In this document: positions 53,256 through 62,962 of the stretch, piece after piece
How the letters are laid out: every line of letters begins with the position of its first letter
How positions within the stretch are numbered: position 1 is the stretch's first letter
Assembly: GCA_977017575.1 (NCBI GenBank)
Contig: CDRNVI010000043.1
Span: 496,001 to 560,000, forward strand
Length of the DNA: 64,000 nt
Direction of reading: 5' to 3'
From: Paramoeba atlantica
Lineage: Eukaryota; Protista; Discosea
Translations under genes and position numbers: made by a program
The notes under the pieces: generated by a model
What the model was told of the DNA's origin: nothing
What the model saw: the letters and a program-made list of their open reading frames with translations, nothing else
The model's database searches: none

Positions 53256-53296
53256 GGGTCCGTGGGTCCGGGACCCGGGTCCGGACCCAAGGACCC
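53256..53296. repeat. Palindromic cluster of six GGGTCC/GGACCC hexamers
   Basis: GGGTCCgtGGGTCCgGGACCCGGGTCCGGACCCaaGGACCC, 10 bp before the pogo left end. Confidence 0.8.
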
Positions 53297-53306
53297 AAAA
53301 AAGGTA

Positions 53307-55559
53307 AACCGGGGGACGGAATAATATTAAGATGCGGTTTATTATTAAGTTGCGGTTTATTATTAAGTTAGACAAGTTATTATTAAGCTAGACAGGTTAT
53401 TATTAAGCTGGACAAGTTATTATTAAGTTGTCAAGTTATTATTAAGTTTGTGTTTTTCGATGGGAGAAGGAGATTTTTTCGCCGAAAGTTTGACCCTTCA
53501 TAGATTGGCTCAGGCAGAGTGTGACCCAACCTACGTTCAGGAAAACGATGAGATTATGTCCCTTGAGGATGATGAAGGGGTAGAAATGCTTGATGACTCG
53601 TCGGACGTAATTGGTAGCGGAAGCGATGGAGAAAGTGAAAGTGCTAGCGAGAGCGAAAGTGAAAGCAATTGTGAAAGCGAATGTGAAAGTGTGAATTCAA
53701 GCGAAGAAGAAATAGGATATAATGTTGAAAGTGCGAGCGAAAGTAAAATTAAGAGTAATTCAACTTCGGATGATGAAGATAACGGAGCGGAGCTGACTGT
53801 TGGAGGGAAAGACAAGAACGAGCGCAAAAAACAACATTGCGTAGTATATACGGGGCGTCATATAGACCAGGGTGTGCGCGGTCGAGTGGAACCCACGGCT
53901 AGACAAAAGCGTGTAATATATGAGAAGTGGATTTCCTGGTCGCAACAAGATCGAGATGCTTATGGATCACTCCGCAAGTTAAACTCTTGGATCGACAAGC
54001 GATTCCCTAAGAAACGTGTCCACATTTTTAACAAAAAGCAAGTTATGGCATACTCTAAAATTCCTAGGCATAGTCAAAAGCGTAAAAGGCATGTAAAGGG
54101 GCATAAACTGAAATGGTTAAAACAACAATTGCATTATTTTATTCTTGGAGCTCGAGAGAACGATGCTTTGATAACAACCGAGATGGTGCGCCAAGAGGCA
54201 TTTCGCATGCTGAAAAAGGAAAACCGCAAATCACCAGAGCAGAACAAAGCACGGGGAATTACAAGAGTAAGCGAACGTTGGATAGGGAGATTCCTCCACT
54301 CTTACAAATGGTCTATAAGATTAGTAAAGAGATCAACTCAGCTATCAAGTGAAGAGATAAATAAAAGAATTCATTCCTTTCATACGTTTGCCTATCGTTG
54401 TCTTAAAACAAAAAAGTTTCGTTCCGTTCTGAATTTTGATGAAATTCCCATATCATTTCGCGGGTCCATGAAATCTTTAAAAACAATTGCGCAGCGAGGA
54501 GAAGAAGATGTACGAGGGCGTTGCAATCCGAATGATATGAAGCGATGCGCAACGCTTATCTGCGGTGCTGGCGTGAAACTGGATAAAAATGGAAGTCCAA
54601 CGAGTCATTTCTTTCTAAAACCTTTTATCGTGTGGAAAGGAGCTGGAAAAGGATCTAGTCACGAGATATTTGATGCAAGGACGGCTCGAGCTTTTACTCC
54701 GAAAGGTGTCGTGAACAAAGATTTTTTTCTCCAAGACTTTATTCCCTTTCTCAAACGTGAACTGGATATAAATGACGCAGGCCACACTTTAATTTATCTA
54801 GACTCCTGCCGATCTCACATAACAAGTGACGTTCTCGATGCGTTTGCCACTGTGGCTAACTGCTATTGTGCCATATTACCCCCTGCAACAACATCCTGGA
54901 TCCAATGGATTGATGTATTTTATGCTTCTTCGTACAAACGCGAGCAAGTAAACATTTGGCACAGAGAACAACATATCCGTCGGACCGCCCGCCAAAAAAG
55001 ACAATGGATGCATAATGCCGTTGCCCGAGCGCACGAACAAGTTATAAATCTCGACAACGACTCTCTTGATGAATCAGGGACCCTTTCCTCTTCTATGAAC
55101 GTTGTTCAACAATTCAAAAGCTTGGGGTATATCGACCCTTGTGATGCATCGTGGTCGCATGTGAAATGTTTAGAAGGATATGTCTTTGTTACACCAAGCG
55201 ATGACGATGAGAGAGACGAAGCTAAGAGAATCGAAGATGCCTTTTGAGCGTGGGAAAAGCGTCCAGGCACGAAAATCATTCCAAGGACGGCTCGATAAAT
55301 GGTGTAACCCACGACGCTCCACCGAATAAAGGTAAAGAAAAGAAAGATTTATGAAGTTTATGAAGTCGGGTAAAGATTCAGATAAAAAAAATATTGTTAA
55401 AGATTGTATACATAAAAAAACAATTTGTTAATTTTATTACAAACTTAATAATAACCCGCCGACAAGTTAATATTAAGTTTCAAAACGTTGACAGGTTATT
55501 ATTAAGTTGTCAAGTTATTATTAAGTTTCAACAACTTAATATTATTACGTCCCCCGGTT
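53307..55559 (+). mobile_element. pogo-like (Tc1/mariner superfamily) DNA transposon, 2253 bp, apparently intact
   Basis: TA|AACCGGGGGACG(G/T)AATAATATTAAG TIRs with TA on both sides, subterminal arrays of TTATTATTAAG, and a single uninterrupted transposase ORF. Confidence 0.92.
53460..55247 (+). CDS. pogo-like DDD transposase (Tc5/CENP-B HTH + DDE_1), DD36D
   Basis: LKQQLHYFILGARENDALITTEMVRQEA...VSERWIGRFLHSY (HTH); NFDEIP, YLDSCRSH and LPPATTSWIQWIDV, with 36 residues between D2 and D3. Acidic S/E-rich N-terminus. Confidence 0.9.
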   Translation: MGEGDFFAESLTLHRLAQAECDPTYVQENDEIMSLEDDEGVEMLDDSSDVIGSGSDGESESASESESESNCESECESVNSSEEEIGYNVESASESKIKSNSTSDDEDNGAELTVGGKDKNERKKQHCVVYTGRHIDQGVRGRVEPTARQKRVIYEKWISWSQQDRDAYGSLRKLNSWIDKRFPKKRVHIFNKKQVMAYSKIPRHSQKRKRHVKGHKLKWLKQQLHYFILGARENDALITTEMVRQEAFRMLKKENRKSPEQNKARGITRVSERWIGRFLHSYKWSIRLVKRSTQLSSEEINKRIHSFHTFAYRCLKTKKFRSVLNFDEIPISFRGSMKSLKTIAQRGEEDVRGRCNPNDMKRCATLICGAGVKLDKNGSPTSHFFLKPFIVWKGAGKGSSHEIFDARTARAFTPKGVVNKDFFLQDFIPFLKRELDINDAGHTLIYLDSCRSHITSDVLDAFATVANCYCAILPPATTSWIQWIDVFYASSYKREQVNIWHREQHIRRTARQKRQWMHNAVARAHEQVINLDNDSLDESGTLSSSMNVVQQFKSLGYIDPCDASWSHVKCLEGYVFVTPSDDDERDEAKRIEDAF

Positions 55560-55838
55560 TATAATGTCTAATGTATATCTGTCTGCCCTCATAATGTACA
55601 CATGTATCTCATAAGTGACAAGGGTCTCTCAATCCGACCACACGCACACGCACAAATTTTAAAATATCTCTTTTGATGGATGCCAACGACCGCCTCGGCT
55701 GCAAAGCAATGTTCTACGGCAGCTTACCCTGCGCAATGAGCAAACATAATCGAAATTGATCAATGATGTTTTTGTTTGACGTGAAAAATGGACTAAAATC
55801 AGAAACAATATGCGTCATTGCGCACCACTGTAATACTA

Positions 55839-57385
55839 CAGTCCAGGTATTGGTTTCCCCCAGGCTCCTGAGCACACCGTAAGAGCTTTTGACCTAATTC
55901 CTTCGGCATTCAACAGATCTCGAAATGGTCAAACAAATATTTTTGAATGGGGGTAAAAAATGAAAAAGTGTATGAATTCCTATATATTAATACCCACAGT
56001 GGTCTCTTTGATTGATGCACTATTCGCAAGCGTTTAGGTACTGAATTTATGCAACTTAAGACTCGGCGTCGATAAGGATGACGCTTAAGCATCATGAAGG
56101 CTTCCGGAGCTGTGTTTCAGTCTCTGGCTTCAAAATTTCTTTCACAATTCGGTCCATTAGTGACCAAACATTCTCGGTCAGATTGAGGTCAGGAGAGAGT
56201 GCTGGCCATTCCAATCGAGTAATCCCTTTTTCAAAAAGGACACGTTTTGTTTTGTTATGCGTGGCCTCACTGTTCATTTGCACAATCGCCTGTTCTCTAT
56301 TTAACTAAATATTCAAGAATACCCCACTTTTTGAAAAACACTCAACGAGAATCGTTTCGCCCTTCACGGAACTTGCATCCCTAATTTTTTTACTTTGGGA
56401 TTGGGATGAAAACAAATTCAAAAAAGAGCCGTGTTCCACACTGATTCCCATCCATACCATGAAACCTTTACCACCAAACCATCGGTTGTTTCTCCTCATT
56501 TTATTTTTGGTACATCCTTTCTTTCCGATAAAAAATCGAGAGTATGTCTTTGAACCACATGTAATTTGTTTTTTCGTCCGTCAAATTTATAGAATCTAAT
56601 TTTTCTTTGGGAAAGGACAATAAATACTCTGCTAGACTTAAGCGGGTCTCTTTGTGATGTTGTTTTAACTCGCAGCTAGGTGCTTTTGCTTGTAATACGT
56701 AATTTAATGAACGTAGAGTTTTCATTATTGTGCTTAGAGAACAATGTAAAACCTTTTTAATCATTTCGCTATGTACCCAAGGAAAGGATGGGCAGCCATC
56801 GATTGTTTTGTTAGCATCGTCAACAATTTTGACGAATACTGCCCTGAATGGGTGGGGCTTGGGTGCTAGTGGACTTTTAGACTTCCACGTAGACAGAATT
56901 TCACGGACAGTCTTTTTATCCCTGCCAAAATTTTTAGCTAAAGTATGAATCGAATTTCCTTTTTATATTGGCGGACAATTTCAAGGCGCTCTGGGAGTGC
57001 ACATCGCGACGTTTTATGGGTAATAAAACTATGGGTAATAGTCTATGGGTAATAGTCTATGGGTAATAGGGGGTGCCTTGTTTTTCGGCGAGTTGGAGTA
57101 TTGGTCTTTAGCAGATTTAACGGGGATATCCCTCAAATTCATAGAATAAGAAACCATATTTGAATAAAAAAAGTCCTAAATTTCTGAAAGATTGGAATTT
57201 TTTGGTAAAATTATGCTATTTTTCGTGTTTTTTCAAAATATTTTTGACCCAGGGGGGCGGGGGGTGATCGGCAAACAAACGGCGGGAAACGCTCCAATTT
57301 TTCGAGATCTGTTGAGTGCCGAAGGAATTAGGTCAAAAGCTCTTACGGTGTGCTCAGGAGCTTGGGGGGAAAACCAGTACGAGTG
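55839..57385 (-). mobile_element. Tc1-like element related to family A, 1547 bp, degenerate
   Basis: About 86-bp TIRs (55839-55924 and 57299-57385) with TA flanks. Fragments: HTLAKNFGRDKKTVREIL, NLTDEK, GGKGFMVWMGIS, EWPALSPDLNLTENVW. Confidence 0.85.
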
Positions 57386-57828
57386 TATTGTTGCCAAATA
57401 GTCGTCCTTCGAATCAGCGGGGGGATCTCGGGGAGACGGCAAACAGACTCTTTGCAAATTTCAAAAACAATAATAACCATCAATAAATTTTATTGGCCCT
57501 TTTATTAAAATACCTTTTTTAAGAGGGTTCCAGTGGTCCAACGAATCGTCAAAATATTAGCAAAAATTGAGGCCTCCGGAGGGGTTTGGGGGAAATACGC
57601 GACTAATTAATCTTGCAAAACTATTTTTTAGCGAAACCACAATGTGGTAGGTGAGGTGGCCGCGCGGATTTTCCATCTCCTTACCCTGGCGTGAACTCCC
57701 CTTACATACGTATAACTCCCCTTACATACGTATATTGGCAAGCAACAGGAACATTCGAAATACGGTGAAAGAAATGGTGAAAAAAATAGGTTTGTGCTGC
57801 GGCAAGATGACAAGATGACAACTACGTT

Positions 57829-58302
57829 CTACTGACTCCATGACGAAGTTACTTGCTTATATACAATTTCGTTGTACGAATCCCGATCATTGATGTATCT
57901 CTGCGCCGCATTTTTAGACGCGGGGCTATCTGCATTGGGGTCCTGCAATAACGTTTGGATGGCTAAAAGCAAAGTCAGAATATCGTAAGTTGACGTCCAC
58001 ATTCTCTGTAGTAAATCAAGGCATATTTTTCCACTCGACTGGTAAATATTTGGGTGATATGGTATGGGGTTTCCGATAAACTTAACCTTCGGTGGCTCTT
58101 GTGGATAACATACATTTCTAAAGTCAAGCTCCAAAGAAAATACCGCGTCTTCCCACACTCCATTCTCCGGGCCAAGTATACGTGCATCCCACAGGAGTAG
58201 ATTCTTTTCGTCTCTCGGCACAGCGTAAATTGCACTCGGACAGTGATCACAGGATTCCAGCGTGCGATAGTCCCGTATAAGCCGTCTATAGTTAGGCTTC
58301 AT
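57829..58302 (-). CDS. Ubiquitin-conjugating enzyme E2, Rad6/UBC2-like
   Basis: RRLIRDY, YPQEPPKVKF, YHPNIY, catalytic ICLDLL, TSTYD and DPNADSPA. Intact ORF. Confidence 0.9.
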   Translation of the reverse strand: MKPNYRRLIRDYRTLESCDHCPSAIYAVPRDEKNLLLWDARILGPENGVWEDAVFSLELDFRNVCYPQEPPKVKFIGNPIPYHPNIYQSSGKICLDLLQRMWTSTYDILTLLLAIQTLLQDPNADSPASKNAAQRYINDRDSYNEIVYKQVTSSWSQ

Positions 58303-58345
58303 ACTCAAGTTTGTACAAACGTATTACTGACCGAAAAACGGTGAC

Positions 58346-58590
58346 GTGTGACAGATAACTAGGGGGGTACAGTATGTATTTTTGATTGAACAAAACTCTG
58401 ATGTAAATACAGTAAGAAACAGCATTGTACTGCAAGTTATTTTAGTAAGTGGGCAAAAATTATTTAACTGTACCCCCCCTAGTTATCTGCCGCTACTTTT
58501 CGAGAAAAGGTGACTGATAAGTAGGGGGGGGAGGTAGGAGTGTGACAGATAACTAGGGGGGCTAAAGTGTGACAGATATCTAGGGGGTCC
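58346..58590. repeat. Cluster of GTGTGACAGATAACTAGGGGG motifs in both orientations (MITE-end-like)
   Basis: Copies at about 58346, 58541 and 58567, and an inverted copy at 58467-58489. Confidence 0.75.
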
Positions 58591-58612
58591 GTCGCCAAAA
58601 AAAGCGAGGGAA

Positions 58613-58640
58613 CGAAATGATACAGAAACGGTATCTTTAT
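58613..58640 (-). other. Degenerate spliced-leader-like relic
   Basis: Minus-strand ATAAAGATACCGTTTCTGTATCATTTCG is 19/20 identical to 51425-51444 over its first 20 nt. No GT donor follows. Confidence 0.45.
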
Positions 58641-59295
58641 TGCCTAAGAAGATTCCTTTCTACCCCAATGAGGTACTATAAGCCAAAGACATGCGCCTAC
58701 GGGTTAAAAGAAGCCCAGTTTTCAAATGTTCACATAGACTACCTTTAAATTTCTTTATATTATCATTGGAGAGTCGGTAAAACAGCTTTTCTGAAGGTCG
58801 GATGTGGACTCCTGTGACCTCCAGTGACTGCCAGCGACTGTCAGTGACGGCCAAGATTGCAAGTATTTATGACAGGTACGCTTACAATTTTTTTTGTAAA
58901 AAGAGTAATCATTCAGTAAATGGTCATTGATTGTATAGCACCTTTTGTACAGCAGGTTTGAACTTTGAACTACAGTATGTAAGGAAATATTCCTATTTCC
59001 GGATGGAAAGGCGGCACAGGGCGCGAACAGGGTGACCAGGAGGGGCGCAAAGAAGTTTGCGCAGGAGGGGGGCCAGGAGGGTGGTGCTGGCAGTGGGCGG
59101 GGCGGCGAAGGAGAAAGCGAAGAGCAGGGAGCGAGGATAGGGGCGAAGGGGGGCGAAGAAGTCAACGCAGCAGGGGGGCACAGAGGGCAGCTAAGCAGGT
59201 GGCGCGGGGTGGTGAAGGCGCCGGCGACACCGGCAAGCCAGGCGGCGAAGGCGAAGGGGAGAAGGGGCATATGGGGGGGAGTATATTTTTAGGTA

Positions 59296-59428
59296 AACCG
59301 GGGGTCGGATCAATATCCTAATTCGGAATTAGGATATTAAGCTGAATTAGGATAATAGTGAAGGCGAATTTGGATATTAAGCTAATTAGGATATTCATCC
59401 AATTAGGATATTGATCCACCCCCCGGTT
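59296..59428. mobile_element. 133-bp MITE sharing AACCGGGGG termini with the pogo-like element
   Basis: TA|AACCGGGGGTCGGATCAATATCCTAATT ... AATTAGGATATTGATCCACCCCCCGGTT, with internal ATTAGGATATT repeats. Confidence 0.82.
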
Positions 59429-59903
59429 TTGATAAAAAAAGCAACAAAGTAACTAACTACAGTAGGGTTGAACTCCAGCGTTTAGCCCCTCACTTCACTT
59501 CACTTCGTCCGATTTCTAGCCATCCTGACCTCCAGTGACTGCCAGCGACTGTCAGCGATCGCCAGTGACTGTCAGCGACTGCCATCGACCTCCAGCGACT
59601 GTCTACATACTCTCCATTGAAAACTTGAGACGCGTACCCATTGGTGAGTCTCTAGTTCGCAATTTTTCGTCGCAAAAAAATACTCACAGCTACTCACAGC
59701 GACTCACAGCGATCTACAGGTACTCAAAGTTTCTGCTATTCCATACAGAATTGCACTGTGTTCTAGACTTCTTGTTCAAAAGTTATTTGGTGTAAAAATA
59801 GAATTTACCTTCTCTAAATCTTTTTCTAGAAGATTTTCTTATTTATAAGTAATGTCGGTGTGCTAGCTGCTTCGTTAAAAAGCGGTAGTTGTTGGTAAAC
59901 GGG

Positions 59904-60018
59904 CTTCGCAAATTGCTTCCCACTAACGACGCCGTGTATGGCCCGCTCACGCGGGATCTCGCCATACCCCCCCTTCGGCTTCGCAAATTGCTTCCGACTA
60001 ACGACGCCGCTTATGGCT
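59904..60018. repeat. About 39-bp direct repeat pair
   Basis: CTTCGCAAATTGCTTCC.ACTAACGACGCCG..TATGGC at about 59904 and 59980. Confidence 0.8.
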
Positions 60019-60024
60019 GAAAAT

Positions 60025-60096
60025 ACATCCGCCCGGAGTCGAACCTGCGACCACCAGATTATGAACGGCAGGTCTTACCAACTGGGCTACCTGGGT
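60025..60096 (-). pseudogene. tRNA(CAT)-derived sequence with intact Pol III A and B boxes but broken stems
   Basis: TAGCCCAGTTGG (A box), TTCATAA anticodon loop and GGTTCGACTCC (B box), followed by TTTT. Acceptor, anticodon and T stems do not pair properly. Confidence 0.55.
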
Positions 60097-60125
60097 TCGA
60101 GTCCTGCGACCTACGTTTAAGCACC

Positions 60126-60767
60126 GTGATATGTGCCCAAATCGAGGATAGAGGGGGGGGGGCTGGGCCCCCTTTTCTCACCCTGCTGGATCCACCCTCC
60201 CCCGGACACCATAAAGAGGGGAGAGGCACAGGTTGTAAACAACCCCCGCAAGGACTGAACTACATATACTACGTATACGTGCGTTTACACTGTTTTCACT
60301 GCGATAAGGTGACGCAGTTCCGTGCTCGGACTCCCTCCTTCTGCCTTGATTGCGGCAACGAGCACACCAGTGAGCAATGCACTTCACTTGTGTGCCTGTT
60401 GGATGCAACATTTGCCCCTCTTGCAATAAGCCACAAGATCATCACACCTTGGGCCCCGAAGAAGCGTGGGTTAGACCAAAAAAGAGTCCAAGAAGCATGT
60501 TGTGTCTACGAAGGGTGGACAGTATGCCAACGGAAACTGACATTCGCACTTGTGGCCCAGGTGCTCTGCATAATACAGCGGAGCTTTACTGTGGGTAAGT
60601 CGAAAGTTTATCGTCGTGCGGCAACTTCTGTTGCGGAATATTTTCGTCGTGAGCTTCCCTCTGGCAACATCCCTGTTCTGTCGAAAATGTTGCGCCGCAT
60701 GTGGGTAACGTTAAGGGAACTGCATCGAAGAGTGTTAAAGAGCAAAGGGATGAACGAATGGCAATGA
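60126..60767 (+). CDS. Hypothetical Zn-ribbon protein (TE- or virus-associated?)
   Basis: CFHC-x13-CLDCG followed by a helical region. No ATG in good context, and on the opposite strand from host genes. Confidence 0.3.
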   Translation: MICAQIEDRGGGAGPPFLTLLDPPSPGHHKEGRGTGCKQPPQGLNYIYYVYVRLHCFHCDKVTQFRARTPSFCLDCGNEHTSEQCTSLVCLLDATFAPLAISHKIITPWAPKKRGLDQKRVQEACCVYEGWTVCQRKLTFALVAQVLCIIQRSFTVGKSKVYRRAATSVAEYFRRELPSGNIPVLSKMLRRMWVTLRELHRRVLKSKGMNEWQ

Positions 60768-61137
60768 TACACCACCAGATAGGGCATCTGCTTGAGGGCT
60801 ACACTGTTCGGCGCGATCGTTTATATTTGGCTAAGGATGCCATTTTCAGTGGTGCAGAAACGCCGCATGACCTTTTCTGCGTTCTTTGAAGTCATTGAAA
60901 GTATTCACAGCTACTTGAAAAATACTCACAGCTACTCACAGCGAATCACAGCAGCCCACAGCGATTCACAGAAACCCGCACATATCTACAGATGAGGGGC
61001 TGCGGGTGACGTTAACCGCAGTCTCGCACGGTCTCGGCACGGCCTCACGAGGTCTCGGCGCGGTCTCGCGAGGTCTCGTAGTTGTAAAAAGGTATAATGA
61101 TATTTTAGAGATTGTCAAATAGTTTTCCTTTATAGCA

Positions 61138-61500
61138 CTGCCCCTGTCATTAATAATGATAATGATATTCTTCAAGAAAGATAATTTTTTTGAGATTATT
61201 ATCAGATTATTTTCAGAATATTATCATTATCATTATTAATGGCAGGTGTTATTATTAATGGCATAGTTTTCGACAAAAACACACGATTTTCAGCCCAAAA
61301 ATGCGAAATTTTAACCCCAATTTGGGCCGTTTTTGAAAACTTACCAGTAGTTTTTTAGTTCAAAAGACGTTTTTTTTAAGACACCAAAATTTTTGTAAGA
61401 AAATCCTGCTTGAATGAAAATAAGTTGATAATTTTTTAAGAGTCTTCACCACATAGAATGATAAGTTTTTTAAGATTATCATTATTAATGGCAGGGGGAG
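61138..61500. mobile_element. MITE of the 30720 family (composite)
   Basis: CTGCCCCTGTCATTAATAATGATAAT ... ATTATCATTATTAATGGCAGGGGGAG|TA, with an extra internal end at 61222-61248. Confidence 0.72.
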
Positions 61501-62962
61501 TATACGTCTAAGCAATTTCAATCGCAATTTCGTCTACGCAATTTCAATTGCAATAAATAGAGCGAAGTTGAACACAGACCAAGACTGATATTAAAAGATC
61601 AATAAAACTAAACCAAGTTACTTCTTTCGCTACCGCGGTTTTCTAGGTTCGTAGGGCACATAATTTATGTGTTACTTGAGCAAGTCGCGACTTGCACCAG
61701 TCTTCTCGACAACTTCGCATCCCCCACTGCACCAACATTTATTCGAATGGTCAATCTTTCGGAGAGACGCATTCACGCCAGTATCAAAGTTGTACTGCGG
61801 GTCTCCAGCCAACAGTCCGTACGCCAACACAGATACTATCTGAACAGCATCTTTGATCCGTCGAGGTGCATACATCGGGCTGAGTTCCAGGAAGCTTTGG
61901 AGATCCTGGGCAGCTTCTCCAACAAAGTAGACGGCGCGCGACCGAACATCCATAAGCAGATGCCCGCGGCGATCTCCGATGTGAAGAATGGCACGCGTAA
62001 GCAGAGAAGTTTTCGAAAAAAAACCGCAGAAAGGGTAGCCGGGGTCTTGGCACGCATTTTCCACCCCCCTACCCGGGGGTGACCCCCCTGCGGATCCGCA
62101 GGACCTCCCTGCGTATGCGCAGGACGGGTCCGCCGAGTTCGAATTTTTTCGGAAATTTTTTTTTGAAAAAAATTTTAACGTGGCGAAAAAAATGGCAAAA
62201 AAAATATTTTTCCAAAATCGTTTCCCTTATTGTATTTTGATAGTTTGGGACCTACACTAGCTTTCTCCGCAGTTGTTTTCGCAAGGTATCCCTTCTTCGA
62301 ACCGTGGTGCGCCCCTCAAAATGACCCATTCTTGACCAAAAAAGGTGAAAAAGTATTTTTCGGACCTAAAGGGGCATTTTTGTGTCGAAAGAATGGTATG
62401 GTTGGAGTCGTATTCTCTACCCAATACGTTCGGTAGGCTTCCATTCATGTCTACGAGTGATTTCCCACGCGCAAATTTCGGATTTAGTGCTCTGAGAGCA
62501 AAAATATGCGAAAATCACCCGATTTTTACCCGAAATTCGGCTATTTTTGGCTAGTACAAGCATAGTGTAGTTTTGCAGTACTAGTACAAGCATAGTAGTT
62601 TTGCATAGTACAAGCACGCAAGTATGCGAGTGCTATGTGAGACTTGAGAGAAAAACTTGGATCGTCCCATAATAAGGAGCATAGTCTGCACATTCCAGAA
62701 AATTTAATCCAAGATGAAAGCGGGCCGATAGGTGGCTTAGAAAGGGAAGTTAAAGGGGACGGCGAAGACGGTAGTGAAGGGGATAATGGAGGGATAACGA
62801 AGGGGGCTATGATGGGGATGATGAAGAGGACGATGATAGAGACGATGAAGCTAACGAGCTCCGACTCCTGCCTTCCAATTTCGTCCGTAGAACTCCACGC
62901 AAGACCATTCGCCTAAAAATAGAGCAGAAAAAGAAATACATACAGTATGTAGAAGTGAAATA

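Noticed and set aside
53340-53446. CRISPR-like array
   Set aside because: Units are contiguous 18-20-bp repeats without unique spacers, inside a transposon end; the context is eukaryotic with no cas genes.
60200-60265. U6 snRNA (CCCCCGCAAGGA resemblance)
   Set aside because: No ACAGAG box or U6 5' stem; the match is too short.
62257-62448. piggyBac-like CPFR motif
   Set aside because: Four-residue similarity with no supporting motifs or TTAA ends.
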